A DNA stretch of 64,000 nucleotides, taken from the NCBI GenBank assembly GCA_013239625.1, contig MU056029.1, forward strand, positions 1,240,001-1,304,000, read 5' to 3'. How positions within the stretch are numbered: position 1 is the first letter of the stretch; every line of letters starts with the position of its first letter. The position numbers were made by a program, and so were the translations under genes. This stretch comes from Lama guanicoe (taxonomy: Eukaryota). Of this stretch, positions 29,142-41,310 are shown piece by piece. The notes under the pieces are model-generated. The model made no database searches and was not told where the DNA came from. It worked only from the letters and a program-made list of their open reading frames with translations.

Positions 29142-29657
29142 CCTTTTTTTATTGAAGTATTGTCAGTTACAATGTATCCATTTCTGGTGTACAGCATAAT
29201 GTTTCAGTCATACATAAACATACGTATATTCGTTTTCATATTCTTTTTCATTAAAGGTTACTACAAGCTACTGAATATAATTCCCTGTGCTATACAGAAG
29301 AAAATTTTTTATCTGTTTTCATATGTAGTAGTTAATATTTGCAAATCTCAAACTCTCAAATTTATCCCTTCCTACCCTCTTCCCCCTAGTAACCAAAAGG
29401 TTGTTTACTAGGTCTGTGAGTCTGTTTCTGTTTTGTAGATGAGTTCATTAGTGTCTTTTTTCTTTTTTTAGATCCCACATATAAGTGATATCATAAGATA
29501 TTTTTCTTTCTCTTTCTGGCTTACTTCACTTAGAATGATGACCTCCAGGTCATCCATGTTGCTGCAAATGGCATTATTTTATTCCTTTTTATGGCTGAAT
29601 AGTATTCCATTGTATAAATATACCACAGCTTCTTTATCTAGTCATCTGTTGATGGAC
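29142..29657 (-). mobile_element. Younger 5'-truncated L1 3' end
   Basis: tttttattgaagtattgtcagttacaatg...; perfect 14-bp TSD taatttctatatat at 29128-29141 and 29658-29671. Confidence 0.9.
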
Positions 29658-30008
29658 TAATTTCTATATATTCTTAATAGACTGAGTCTCTCATTATAGA
29701 GTGTCCTTCTTTGTTTCTTATAACAAATTTTGTTTTTAGCTCTCTGTTGGTTATGTTTGAGTGGAATGCCTTTTTCCATCCATTCACTTTCAACTTATTT
29801 GTATTTTTGGAACTAAAATGAACCCCTTGTGGACAGTATATAGTTTATATTTCTTTATTGATTCTGCCAGTCTCTACCTTTTAATTGGAGTGTTTGTTCC
29901 ATTCAGATTTAATATAATTACTGACAAGGAGTACTTTGCCTTTTTTCTATTTGCTTTCTTTCATTTCTTCTTTTTTGGTAATGTTTAAAATAATCTGTTA
30001 AGGGGTGG

Positions 30009-30117
30009 TGTTATGGGCTGAACTGTGTCCCTCCAAATTCATATGTTGAAATCCTAACACCCAGTAGCTCAAAATGTGGCTGTATTTGGGGACAGGGTCT
30101 CTAAAGAGGTGACTAAG
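30009..30117 (+). mobile_element. MLT1 LTR 5' fragment
   Basis: tgttatgggctgaactgtgtccctccaaattcatatgttgaaatcctaac...tatttggggacagggtc; homologous to the start of the LTR at 26774. Confidence 0.8.
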
Positions 30118-30889
30118 TCTATGTGCTTTCTATGTCTATTGCTTTTCTGGTTCCTCAATTCTTCCCTTATTGCCTTCTTTTGCATTTAATTGATTATTTT
30201 TTTCTCATGCACCATTTCAACTCTCATCTCATTTCTCTTACTGTATATGTATTTTTAGTTATTTTCTTCATGGTTACTCTGGGGATTTAAATTAACATCT
30301 AAACTGGTGACAAGCTAGTTTGGATGAAGACCAGTGTAGTTTCAATGGTGTAGTTCTTGTCCCTCTCATGTTGCCGTTGTCACAGATCACATCTTTATAC
30401 ATCATTTGTCCAGTAACAAAATCAGCATTTTATGCATTTGTCTTTTAAACCATATAAAGATAAAAGAGAGGTTTATGAACCAGAAATAAAAATAATACTG
30501 GCTCTTATAGTCACTCATGTCTTGACCGTTACTGGTGCCCTTCATTTCTTCATGTGTCTTTCAGTTACTGTCTAGTGCTCTTTCGTTTCCCCTTAAAGGA
30601 CTCCCTTTAATGTGTATAATAGGGCAGATCTATTAATAATAATGCCCTCAGTTTTTGTTTATCTGGAATTTCTTAATTTATCCTTCATTTTTGAAGGATA
30701 CTTTTTGCTGGAAATAGGATTCTTGTTTTAGATTTTTTTTCTTCCAGCACTTTGAATATGTCACTTCACTGCCTCTGGCTTCCATGGCCTGTGATGGAAA
30801 TCAGCTGTTAATCTTATTTAGGATCTCTTGTACATGATGAGTTGCTTCTGTCTAGCTGTTTTCAAAATTCTCCCTTCATCTTTGGCTTT

Positions 30890-30983
30890 TCTTGTATTTT
30901 TTTAAGAAGAGTACTGGGGATTGAACCCAGGACCTTGTGCCTGCTAAGCATGCACTCTACCACTGAGCTTTACAAACACCCAC
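30890..30983 (-). mobile_element. Vic-1-like SINE (short form)
   Basis: gtactggggattgaacccaggaccttgtgcctgctaagcatgcactctaccactgagct; TSD catct(t/a)tggcttt at 30877-30889 and 30984-30996. Confidence 0.88.
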
Positions 30984-33200
30984 CATCTATGGCTTTCAAC
31001 AGTTGATTTTAATGTGTCACAGTGTGGATCTCTTTAAGTTTATCCTACTTGGAGTTTGTTGAACTTTGATGTTAGATTAATACTTCTTGTTAAAATGGAG
31101 AAAGTTTTGACTATTATGTCTTCATATATTCTTTCTGCTCCTTTCTCCTTTTTCACTTCTTTTGGGACTCCCGTTATATGTGTTTTGGTACTTGTGATGG
31201 TGTCCCAGAGGTCTCTTGGGCTTTGTTCATTTTTATTCATTCTTTTTTCTCTCTGTCCTCAAACTGGCTAATTTCATTGGACTTTTACCTTCAAGTCTGC
31301 TGACTCTCTGCCTTCTCAGATCTGCTGTTGAAACCCTCTAGTGAATTTTCCATTTCATTTGTTGTTTTTTTTTTTCACCTGCAGAATTTCCATCTGGTTC
31401 TTTTGCAACTTCTATCTCTTTATTGATATTCTCTATTTCTTGAAACATCGTTTTCTAAATTTCCTTAGTTTCCTTACATGTTTTCCTTTAGCTCCTTGAT
31501 TTTAAGGCAGTTGATTTAAAGTGCTTGCTAGTAAATCCAGTGTCTTTGCTTTTCCAGAGACAGTTTCTGTTAATTACCTTTTTTCACCCGTGAATGGCAT
31601 ATCTATTTTTGTTTCTTATTATGCCTCTTAATTTTTTTGTTGAAAGCTGGATATTTTCATTATTCTAATGTGGTAACTCAGGAAATTAGATCCTTCTGCA
31701 TCCATAGGGTTTGCTTTTTTTTTTTCTTTTTGTGGTATTGTTGCTTGTTTAGGGAGTTTTCTCAACCATTTTTTTAAGTCTGTATTCTTTGTCATGTGTG
31801 GCCACTCTCATTAGCTGAGTGGCCAGCTAGCGATCTGAAACAAACTCATTGATCACCTGGAGCAAATAAACAACATGAAAACTCTCTTCGTCTTTGCAGG
31901 TAGGCTCTGTGCGTACGTGGGAGTGCTCTTTTAAGCTCAGCCAATGTTGTCATACAGCTTTGTCGTAGGTTTCACTCCCTGCTTGTGCAGAGCCTGAAGA
32001 TGAGCTGGAGATGAGAACGTAGGGTCTTCTTCAGTCTTTTCTCAGCTTGTGTCCAGTCCTGGCCATGCACAGGGCCTTCTAGATTGTCTGGAATATGTAG
32101 GAGACTTTCAGCCCTTCTTTCCTCAAGTATCTCCTTCCCCAGCCTCTCCTCTTTAGCCTCTCAATCTGTCTGTTGCTTGCCCCAGCTGTATCCATTGCCC
32201 TTGTGACTGTGGTGAATTCATTTGCCTTGAAATATTTTCAACAAACACACCCTAGGAAGACACCTCTGAGTCAGTGGAAACAGAGGCAGATCCTTGAGCC
32301 CATCCTTCAGGGACCCACCAGACAGATCAAAATAAGCAACCAAACCTCTTTGAGAAAAAGGCCCGTAGCATTCCTGTTACCAGCAACCAGCACCAGGAAT
32401 GTGGTTTCCCGTCCGCAAGGCCACCACCCAGCCGGGGACTGGAGGCTGGCAACAGGCTGAGTTCAGATGCCGCAGAGCTTGCTACTGGTTTTCAGTTATT
32501 TTTTTTTCTTCATTAATTGTTCTCTGGTAGTTGTAAGTTTTTTTATTAATTTCCAGAGTTCCAGAAACAGCTGATGCTGACTGTTTTGGCAGTTTATTCA
32601 CTGCTTTTGTGCGTATTTCCTAGTCCACTTCATGTCACTACTCTAGTGTTGTTTAGAGCATTTACTATGTACCAGGCATCAGTCTGTGCATCTGTGCGGA
32701 TGCATCGGGACTTCACGCGGTAAGACAAGCTCCATAGAGTCCCCTTGATGGGGCAGCTTGGGCTCAGGAGTGCTGAGTGACACAGCACGGACTGGAGACT
32801 GAGCTGAGCATTGGAGCTGCTGTTTGATTTCCCCGTCTGCTCCGACTGCTTCCCCAGCACGACCTTGTTAACTGCATTATGCTTTATGATTAGAGAGATA
32901 CTTGGATTGCATTTTGAGAAAGGAATTTCTTTGCATATCTGTGCTGTTCTCTTTTTGCAGCATTAGTTTTTTTTATTGCCCAGGCTTGTGTTGATTTTCT
33001 TGCATTTGACTTATTTAAGAAGGTTTATTGCTGGATGTGTGGGTACACATAAAAAATTAACCAGAATGTTTCCACTCAAGTCAGTCATTACAATGCCTTC
33101 CTGAGAAACACAGACATTATCCATGCTCATGTTTCTTTTCATTGTATTGTATAAATCTTCCACCTTTTACTAAGAAACACACATACTAAAAAAGAAACAG

Positions 33201-33277
33201 ATCTGAACCTGCAGACTCTCCCCTTGAGAGTGTGCTATCCATCCCTTAATAAATCCTCACTTTTCTTTCTTAAAAAA
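33201..33277 (+). mobile_element. Tiny polyadenylated retroposed insert
   Basis: ~70 bp with AATAAA (33248-33253), A-run starting at 33272, flanked by the direct repeat aaaaaagaaacag (33188-33200, 33278-33290). Confidence 0.6.
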
Positions 33278-33747
33278 AAAAAAGAAACAGCCATGCTCAT
33301 CAAAATAGATTAATAAAGTTTATATCCCTTTTTGATGAGAAATATGCTAAGTTTGTAAATTGATCACACATCTACTAGTTTTCCCAAAATATGTAAGAAT
33401 TGCTGGCATCTTTCTTTCAGTGTCATTCCAACAGGAATGAACAGCACAAAGTTGAGAGAGGATTTTTAATCCAGCAGAAATCTGCTCGTTGGTCTCATGT
33501 GCAGCCTTATTATACTGAAGAGTGCAAAATGAATGAATTAGCTTTAGAATGACTTGTGAAATGTGTAACTCAAGCTGGAAGTTACAGTTGCATCTACACA
33601 AGTTTTTTTGTAAAATGTGGAAATTCAGTATTATGTAAACCAAACCATGCATCATTTTAGGGTGGTCTCATTTGAATTTCCGATGATGCCCTAAGCCGTG
33701 CTTTTTATAAGGTTGCCCTTCATTGAATTTAAATTCTATTACCTTTT

Positions 33748-34020
33748 TAAAAAATATTTTTATTGAGGTATAGTCAGTTTACAATGCCGTGTCAATTTCT
33801 GGTGTACAGCAAAGTGCTTCAGTCATACAGGAACGTACATATATTCCTTGTCATACTCTTTTTAACCATAAGTTGCTTCAAGAGACTGAATATAGTTCCC
33901 CGCGCTATACAGCGCAAACTTGTTGTTTATCTATTTTATACACAGTAGTTAGTATCTGCACATCTCAAACTCCCAATTTATCATCCCTTCCCACCCCCAT
34001 AAGTTTGTTTTCTATGTCTG
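33748..34020 (-). mobile_element. 5'-truncated L1 3' end
   Basis: tttttattgaggtatagtcagtttacaatg...; 18-bp TSD taaattctattacctttt at 33730-33747 and 34021-34038. Confidence 0.9.
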
Positions 34021-36060
34021 TAAATTCTATTACCTTTTAAACAAGTCATTGCGCATTTTATTCTCCTGCTGTCCATTGGCTGCTCCCTCTCCTCCCCCTC
34101 AGCTGAACTTGCTGAATTGGTATTTCATCTTCATCACGGGCCGACCCTCTGCTTCAGATCTGGCTAGGACCAGAGCTGGTACTCAGGCAGAGCTCCCTTG
34201 GAAGGTCGACTAACCAGGGCAGGAGCGGCCAGGCCCTCAGAGAAGCCAGGCTGGCAGTTCTGGTTTGGACCCAACACAACTGCAGTTGACCTACAACTGC
34301 ACCAGCTGTCACAGGAGGGACCAGCACGCACAGGTCAGCTAGTGAAAAAACAGGGTGGGGGTGGCGGAGCATGGCAGTGACCTTTGGGTTCCAACATCCT
34401 TTGTTTCCGACTCGTCGATGTCTAAATGCAAAAAGTTCAGTTTTTACGTAGCTGAGCTTTAGAATGCACTATCCTCAAACCTTGATTATGCATTGTAGTT
34501 AGTTCCCAGGAAACCTACCTGACAACGTACGTGGCGCATCACTGCTTATCACGCCGCACGGGCTAGTGACTGCTCACAGGAGGAGAGACGCGTTCATGCA
34601 CGCTTTTATTTAATGAATACGTTTGCGGTTCTTTGTGAGCACAGGAGTAAAGGGCGGAAAGCTGCCAGTCAACAGGGCTTTGACATCAGGCAGGGCTCAG
34701 ACTTATTAAATACGTATGTGTGGACGTGTAAATACACATGTGTATTCTATTAATAAAAAGGCCAATTCTCTGTAATATTTGAATAACCCTCTCTTACTTG
34801 CCAGCCTAGAGGTAAGGCAACTATAGGGAAAACAGGCCTGCAGTCCTCAGAGCCGGACTTCCTTTCAGAGACTCGCCTCCCTCCCCAGCCCTCCTCGCCC
34901 AGCACGAAAGGGGCTCCTCCTGCAGGTATGATCTACAGTCCATCATCTCAGAGGGTGTGGCTCAGGCAGAGAGCAAGGAGAATTCTCCAGAGTGTTGAAG
35001 GAGCCTTGCTCAGCCCCGTCCAGGTGGGAATAAAGCAGAGGCACAGAACCACAAAGACGCTGCCCACAGTAAGGCTCGGTGAGCAGCACCAGTGTTCCGC
35101 TGTCTCCAAACCCCGCATGTCTTTGGATGGGCGCAACTGCGGCAGATCGAGAGCATCCCTTACGTGAAGCCGCCCTCTGTTCTTTACAAAGACTCACTCG
35201 GAAAAGTATCACGACCAAATTGAGCCTCACTTCTTTCCGCTAACACCAATCATTAGGCGCTGTGTTAACACTGAATTGCCAGTCCCCGTAAATTCCATAT
35301 ATTGCCTGGAAGTCAGTGCAGCCTCTTTATAGGAAGGTTATGTTTCCACTGACGGAGCCGGCGGAGGCGGGGCGGGCGGATCGGCTGCTGACCGAGCCAG
35401 GCTGTGACCTGCAGGGCAGTGAGCAGTTTGTGAGCTGTTTATAAAGTGGCTAAACCAAATTTCTTTTTTAACTCTGAAAGTTATTTCAAAATATACATGG
35501 AGCTGCTATTCAGCACACCAACAACTGGGCATTGGATTCATAATATTATTAATCTTATTATTTCATTTTAGGGAAACGATTGTAACCAATTAGCACAAAT
35601 TTAGTGGCTTAAAATTATACAAATTTATTATCTCAACTCTCTGGGGACCAGAAGTCTGAAACAGGTCCTGCACTGGCAGGATTGTGTCTCTTCTGGATTC
35701 TTCTGGGGAGATGTGTTTCCTTGCCTTTTCCAGCTCCAGGGGTCTGCCTGCCTTCCCTGGTTCCTGGCTCTGCACTGCTGCTTCCAGCATCCCAGCTCCC
35801 CCTCTTAGACTCAGGCACTCCTGCCTCCTTCTTATAAGTAGCCGTGTGCTTCCCTTGGGCCCACCCAGGAAATCAGGAAAATCTCTCCATCCCAAGATCC
35901 TTCACTTAATCTCATCTTAAAAGTCTCTTGAGCCATGATTGGTTTTATATTCACAATTAGGAAGGGTTAGGGCATGAACACCTTTGGAGAAATTATTTTT
36001 GCCTGCCACCATCTGTTCTGCCCCACCTCCAAATTCATGTCTGTCCCACGTGCAAAATAT

Positions 36061-36358
36061 TTTTTCTTTTTTTTTAATTTAAAAAAATTGAAGTATAGTC
36101 AGTTTACAATGTTGTGTTACTTTCTGGTGCACAGTATAGTGATTCAGTCATATACACATACATATTCCCTTTCATATTCTTTTTCAAGGTACTGAATATA
36201 TTTCCCTGTGCTGTACAGTAGGACATCCGTGTTTATCTATTTTATATATAGTAGTTAGTATCTGCAAATCCTGAACTCCCAATTTCTCCCTCCGCTCCCG
36301 CCTGTCCCCAGTGGTAACCGCAAGTTTGTTTTCTACGTCTGTGAGTCTGTTTCTGTCA
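36061..36358 (-). mobile_element. 5'-truncated L1 3' end nested in the MLT1 internal region
   Basis: ttgaagtatagtcagtttacaatgttgtg...; 10-bp TSD tgcaaaatat at 36051-36060 and 36359-36368. Confidence 0.9.
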
Positions 36359-37385
36359 TGCAAAATATATTAATGTCATTCCAGTATCCCCCAAAGCCTC
36401 CACTCATTACAACATCAAATTAAAGTCCGTAACCGCAGCTAAACCTCATCAGCTCCAAAGTTCCAAATCTCATCATCTGAATCATCTAAACTAGGTGGGA
36501 AGGCCTGGGGATGATCCACCCTGAGGTACACTTCTCCGTCTGTGCATGTGTAGAACTCAAGAAGCAAGTTAATTACCCACAAAATACAACGGTGGGACAA
36601 GCATAAGATAAAAGTTACAGAGATTCCCATTTGAAAGGAGAGGAAATAGTAGGGGAAAAAAGGAAGCACTGTTCCTCTCAAATTTCTAAATGCAGCTAGG
36701 CGAACAGCATGCGGTTTCAAGGCCTGCGACTGATCCTGTGTGATGTGAGGCTCCTTTCCCTGGACCTAAGGCTCTTGCCCTTGGAGTCATCTTCCCTGTC
36801 TCATGAAGGTAGCACATGTTTACAGTTGAGTAGTTTTTTCAACCTATTTCTCGCCTTTAGAATGCTGGGGTTCTGACAGCCTTCTTTTGTTTTGACCTCC
36901 CTCAGTCCCATTCAGTCCAAACCAACAATGTTTCCGCTGGTATAAAACTTCCAAGAATCTTGTACATCTCCTGTGTATGTCTCAAGAATGTACACTACCA
37001 GACATGAGGCTCCTCCATTGGTCTTTCATGGATAATTGATCCTCTATTCCTGGCTTTTTCTTACATGACGGATAGGACCCATGAGTCACACACCTAATGT
37101 CCTCAAAGAGTCTGAGGTTGTGGCCAAAGGCTGTCCAGCCACACCCTTGGCTCTCTCTGAGAGAGCGCTTTCCTGACAATGGATCTCCCAATTACAGCAT
37201 CTTTTGCAACCTGGATAAACTGAGAATTTCCCAAATCAAGTACTGGTCCCCTTTTTTGTTGGCAGTCCTTAACATTAATCTATCTCTTCTCACATTTTAC
37301 AATCAGCAGCAGGAAAAAAAAAAAAAACAGTTCACAGCTTTGACACTTAGCCGGGAAATCTCATCTAAGTGTTCAATGTCATTAC

Positions 37386-37895
37386 TGTACTAGCTTCCTG
37401 TGGTTACTATGACAGATCACCACAAACTTGGTGACTTAAACCAACATAAAAATGTATCCTCTTACATTTCTGGAGACTGTCAGTCTGAAGTCAGTGTCCC
37501 TGGGGCAGAATCAAGGTGTGGGCAGGGCTGATCTCCCTTTGGGGGCTCTGGGAAGAATCCACTGACGTATCTTTTCCAGTTTTTGCAGCTGCGTGCCTTG
37601 CATTCCTTGGCTCAGGGCTGCTTCCCACATCTTCAAAGCCAGCAGCATTGTATCTTCAGATATCTCTCTGCTTTCATCTGGTCACCTTCATCCTTTTATC
37701 TGAGTGTGACTTCCCTTTGTCTTTCCCTTATAAGGCTCTTTGTGGGTGCATTTAGTGCCCACCTGGACGGTCTCCCCGTCTCAAGACCCTTAACCTGATC
37801 ACATCTGCAAAGACCCTCTCTCCCTATAAGGTAACGTTGACAACTTCCAAAGACTCAGACTTGATGTCTTTAGGGGCGTTGTCTGGCCCACCACT
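37386..37895 (-). mobile_element. Solo MLT1 LTR nested inside the MLT1 internal region
   Basis: tgtactagcttcctgtgg...caccacaaacttggtgacttaaa...atcaaggtgtgggcagggc...atcacatctgcaaagaccct...aaggtaac. Confidence 0.8.
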
Positions 37896-40599
37896 GTCTT
37901 TCACAAGTTCTGCTTTCCACGTAATCGTAGACACAGTTCAGCCAAGCTTCTGTCACTATGTGGAGAGGCTCTCTTTTCCTCCAGTTTCCAGGAACATGTT
38001 CCTTATTTCCTTCTGAGCCAGTAAGGCCTTTGATGTTCATACTTCTACCAACAGTGTCTTTATGACCATATAACGTAGATTTTCTCTCCCATGCTTCTCA
38101 CTGCAAGTTCTCATTACAGAATCATTAACATTCACATTTCAGTTAACAGTCTGTTCAAGGCAGTTGTACGCTTTCTCTATAGTGAATCTCAGAATTCTTC
38201 CAGCCTCTTCCCACTGCCCAACTCCAAGTTATTTCCACATTGTTAGGTACTTGTTACCATAGCATCCCACTTCCGGGGACCACATTTTGTGTCATTGTCC
38301 TATTGATGTAGCAAATTATTGTAAAATTATTGCCTGAAACACAGTTAATTTGTTGTCTTACAGTTCTGGAGGGAAGAAGTCCAAAAAGGTCTTAGAAAGC
38401 CAAAAAATTCAGCTGTAAAGAAATCTTTCTAGATCTCTAAGGGAGAATCTGTCCCTTGCCTCTTTGGGCCCCAGGAGGCCACCTGCATTCCTGGGTCCAT
38501 GACCACAGTCCTATGACCTCTGCTTTTCTCATCCCTTCGCCTCTGACTCTGACACGCCTGCCTCCCCCTCCTCATCAGGACCCGGTTGTGATTATACTGG
38601 GCCCATCTGGATAATCCGGGATAATCTCCTCTATCCAAGAGCCTTAACGTGATCGCCTCTGCAAAGCCCTTTGGTTATTTAAGGTAACATATTCACAAGT
38701 TTGGAGCTGTTGGGGGTTGGGATGTAGACGTCTTTGCAGGACGTTATTCTGTCTACCACTACCACACTGTCACAGTGATGCGGGATTGTCATGTAAATAA
38801 AGAAGGCTCTAATCTGAAGACCAGATTGGGGAGAAATCTGGAGGCTAACCCTCTTTTCTCATCTATTAATTTTTTTTTCAGAGAATAAAGCACCTGTCAT
38901 TATTTCTCTTATTTCTCTTTTTCAAATGGGAAGGCTGGACCAGAGAGGTTAGGCAGTTTTACAAAGGCCACACAGCTCATTAATGTCAACGTTACTCCGG
39001 AATTTGGCTGTTTTCCCGTCTCAAAGCACACTGCGCTGGGACCTGCCTTTGGGCACGCAGAGAGCTTTCCCAGGAGTTTGTGATCCTAGGCCCTTGATGA
39101 GGCTGATCTAAATCCAAGTGGAAGCAAACAGCCTAACCAAGTGCCCTTTTCCAGACCTAAAAATTCAGATGTCCAAAAATGGGACATTATATTCCAATAA
39201 ATTAGTGCTTGAATGTCTTAGAAAGTGGAAGTAAAACAGAAAGTTGATCTTTGGGGGAAAAAAAGCTGGATTCTTGGATCTACCAGTAATTCAGTGAAGT
39301 TTTTTCATAGGCACATGTCTTCATCTTTTGTGCTTCAGACTTTATCTGAAAAGTAAGGTGTCTAATAGGTGGCCTGGCCGGCTCCTTTGAGCTGTGACAG
39401 CCCACGTTCCGCAGTGGGCTTTGATCTCAGTTCCATGTGAAGGAGTTGGTTATACATCAGGGCACACTGCGTTCTGAAGGATCCCATGAATGGAAGGCGC
39501 GCTCTTATCAAGAGAATTTTTTTTGAAAATTATAAAAGAATAGGTCTTTTTTGAAATGTTGAAAGGGATTGAAAACGTAAATGTTCTCTTACTAAGGCTG
39601 AAACATTTGCTATCAGGGAATTTATCTGGATAATACATTCATTCCTCAGGGGAGAGACACTATCAGAGATGAAGTGTATTTTTGCGATGTTTGGAATTCT
39701 AGTTCTAAGGAGATTTATTAAAATGGAACAATCTGTGAGGCTCTAATGTTAGCGTTTATCAAGATGGTAATTATAGAATTATTATATTTTCCCGTTTCTA
39801 CTGGAATTATTTTTTTCTTTCAAGAGTCTTCTTTTTAGATCCAGCGAATCTCCATCCACCTGTCTGTACCCTCTCCCTCCTGCTGCATGCTAACAGCAGA
39901 CTCCTTGGTGTACATTCCTTGCCATTTTTAAATGCTGTCACTGCAATGGTTTTGGCCCAGCGGTCAGTGCCAAACAGCCAGAATAAAGCAAGATATGAGA
40001 TTCTATTTTTACCATGGCAGGAAGGCTGGCTTCTCACCTCTCTTAAAAATACATGGTGTTGGGCAAGAAAGAAGAGCATATGAGGAAAAAGACAAAAAGC
40101 CCGGAGTGGGCAGAATGCCCAAGGTGGGAGGTCAAGTCTCGCTGAGGACGCCTTCTCTGACAAGTCAGGGCAAGCAACAGTAACACAGGTGGCAGTGCCT
40201 CCAGTGGTCATGGGGACTGAAGCAGAGAGCCAGCATGGAGCAGTGGGAAGAAGAGGCATTGACCATGATTCACCACCTTGTTAAGAACTCAGACAACAGA
40301 TCTGGCTTCAGGACAGGCTCCAGAGCCAGCGGGCTATTGCTTGTTTCCTGGCAGGGGGCAGAAGCCCAGTTCTGTGAGCTGGTAGACTTGGCAGTGTCTA
40401 GAAAGAAGATCCCGTGACAGAGGGACATCTCCAAGTCACCCTGATGATGGAAGTGTGGCCCGTAAAGCTGCTGACGTTGTTGGAGGCAACTTGAAGACTG
40501 CAGCGCTGGGTCTGCGGGTTGAAGTCTGCTGTGCCTATGACTGGGCTGGGACAGTCAGGAGTGAATCAGTAAGAAGTTAACTCACAGCATGGCTCCCCT

Positions 40600-40832
40600 G
40601 TTTGAGATTTCAGATGTTAGCCACTATATACAAATATAGATTTTAAAAAATGTTTCTGCTGTATAGCACAGGGAACTATGTTCAATATCTTGTAATAAAT
40701 TTTAATGAAAAAGAATATGAAAAGAAATATATGTGTTTATATGTGTGACTGAAGCATTGTGCTGGACACCAGAAATTGACACATTGTAACTAACACATTG
40801 TACTGACTGTACTTCAATTTAAAAAAAAAAAA
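40600..40832 (+). mobile_element. L1 3' end with poly(A), sense to the gene
   Basis: ctgtatagcacagggaactatgttcaatatcttgtaataa...caccagaaattgacacattgtaact...tacttcaatttaaaaaaaaaaaaa; reverse complement of the antisense copies elsewhere in the window. Confidence 0.88.
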
Positions 40833-41129
40833 AGGTCGTCCCTGATGCGAAAGCTGACTGCTGATTCATTCTGACCTAAAATTCTTGCATCTTGTTTTTC
40901 TCCTTTCTCTGGCAAGCCCCCAACCTTTCCATTACCCTCTCCACTCACTCTATATTCTTTCCCCAGAATAGCCATCCTTTAACCCAGAAGCTGTATTCAG
41001 AGGTGGTCACGGGCTGATGGCCTCAGAAGAATACAGCTTCTCCGTGATGCTGGGTGGATTCTTCAAGGCCAAGAAGAACACAGCACCCAGAATAAACACC
41101 AGTTTGTGGCTGCCTTTCTGTCCTGCCCC

Positions 41130-41310
41130 GCTGTTCTGTAAAACCTCAGGACACCAGTGTCACGATGGATTCAGTCTCTAAGGCGTGAGCCCACTGCGAC
41201 TCGCTCTGCCTGGCAAAGCAGTAAAGATGCTCTTTTCCTGGTGCCCCCCAAACTCTGTCTCTGGGTCTGAATTCGTTTCTGGGGGACACAGAGGCTGGTG
41301 TTTTGGCAAC
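41130..41310 (+). mobile_element. Possible ERV LTR 3' fragment
   Basis: gcagtaaagatgctcttttc...aaactctgtctctgggtctgaattcg...cacagaggctggtgttttggcaaca resembles an R/U5 end finishing in CA. Confidence 0.4.

Larger units (their letters stand above)
28300..32610 (-). mobile_element. Old LINE-1 (5' part: endonuclease, ORF1 and 5' region) with nested insertions
   Basis: Minus ORF 28782-28979 (QLDLPDMCRELHTTTAEYT...QIDHL, L1 endonuclease-like) and 31040-31240 (NEQSPRDLWDTI...ITGVPKE..KEKGAERIYEDII, L1 ORF1p-like). Confidence 0.85.
35581..38760 (-). mobile_element. MaLR (MLT1) provirus: LTR ~35581-36011, internal region, LTR ~38288-38760, with nested elements
   Basis: Both ends carry MLT1 LTR motifs (cacaaatttagtggcttaaa...cagaagtctgaaa...gggcccacccaggaaatcagg / cttacagttctggagg...gggcccatctggataatccgggataatctc). 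The middle resembles MLT1-int and ends cccacttccggggaccacattt next to the upstream LTR. Confidence 0.75.

Noticed and set aside
31880..31906. Recursive-splice-like AG|GT motifs (ctctcttcgtctttgcAG|GTaggc; also ctcctcctgcAG|GTatga near 34925)
   Set aside because: Expected by chance in 33 kb, the first lies within an L1 relic, and there is no transcript evidence.
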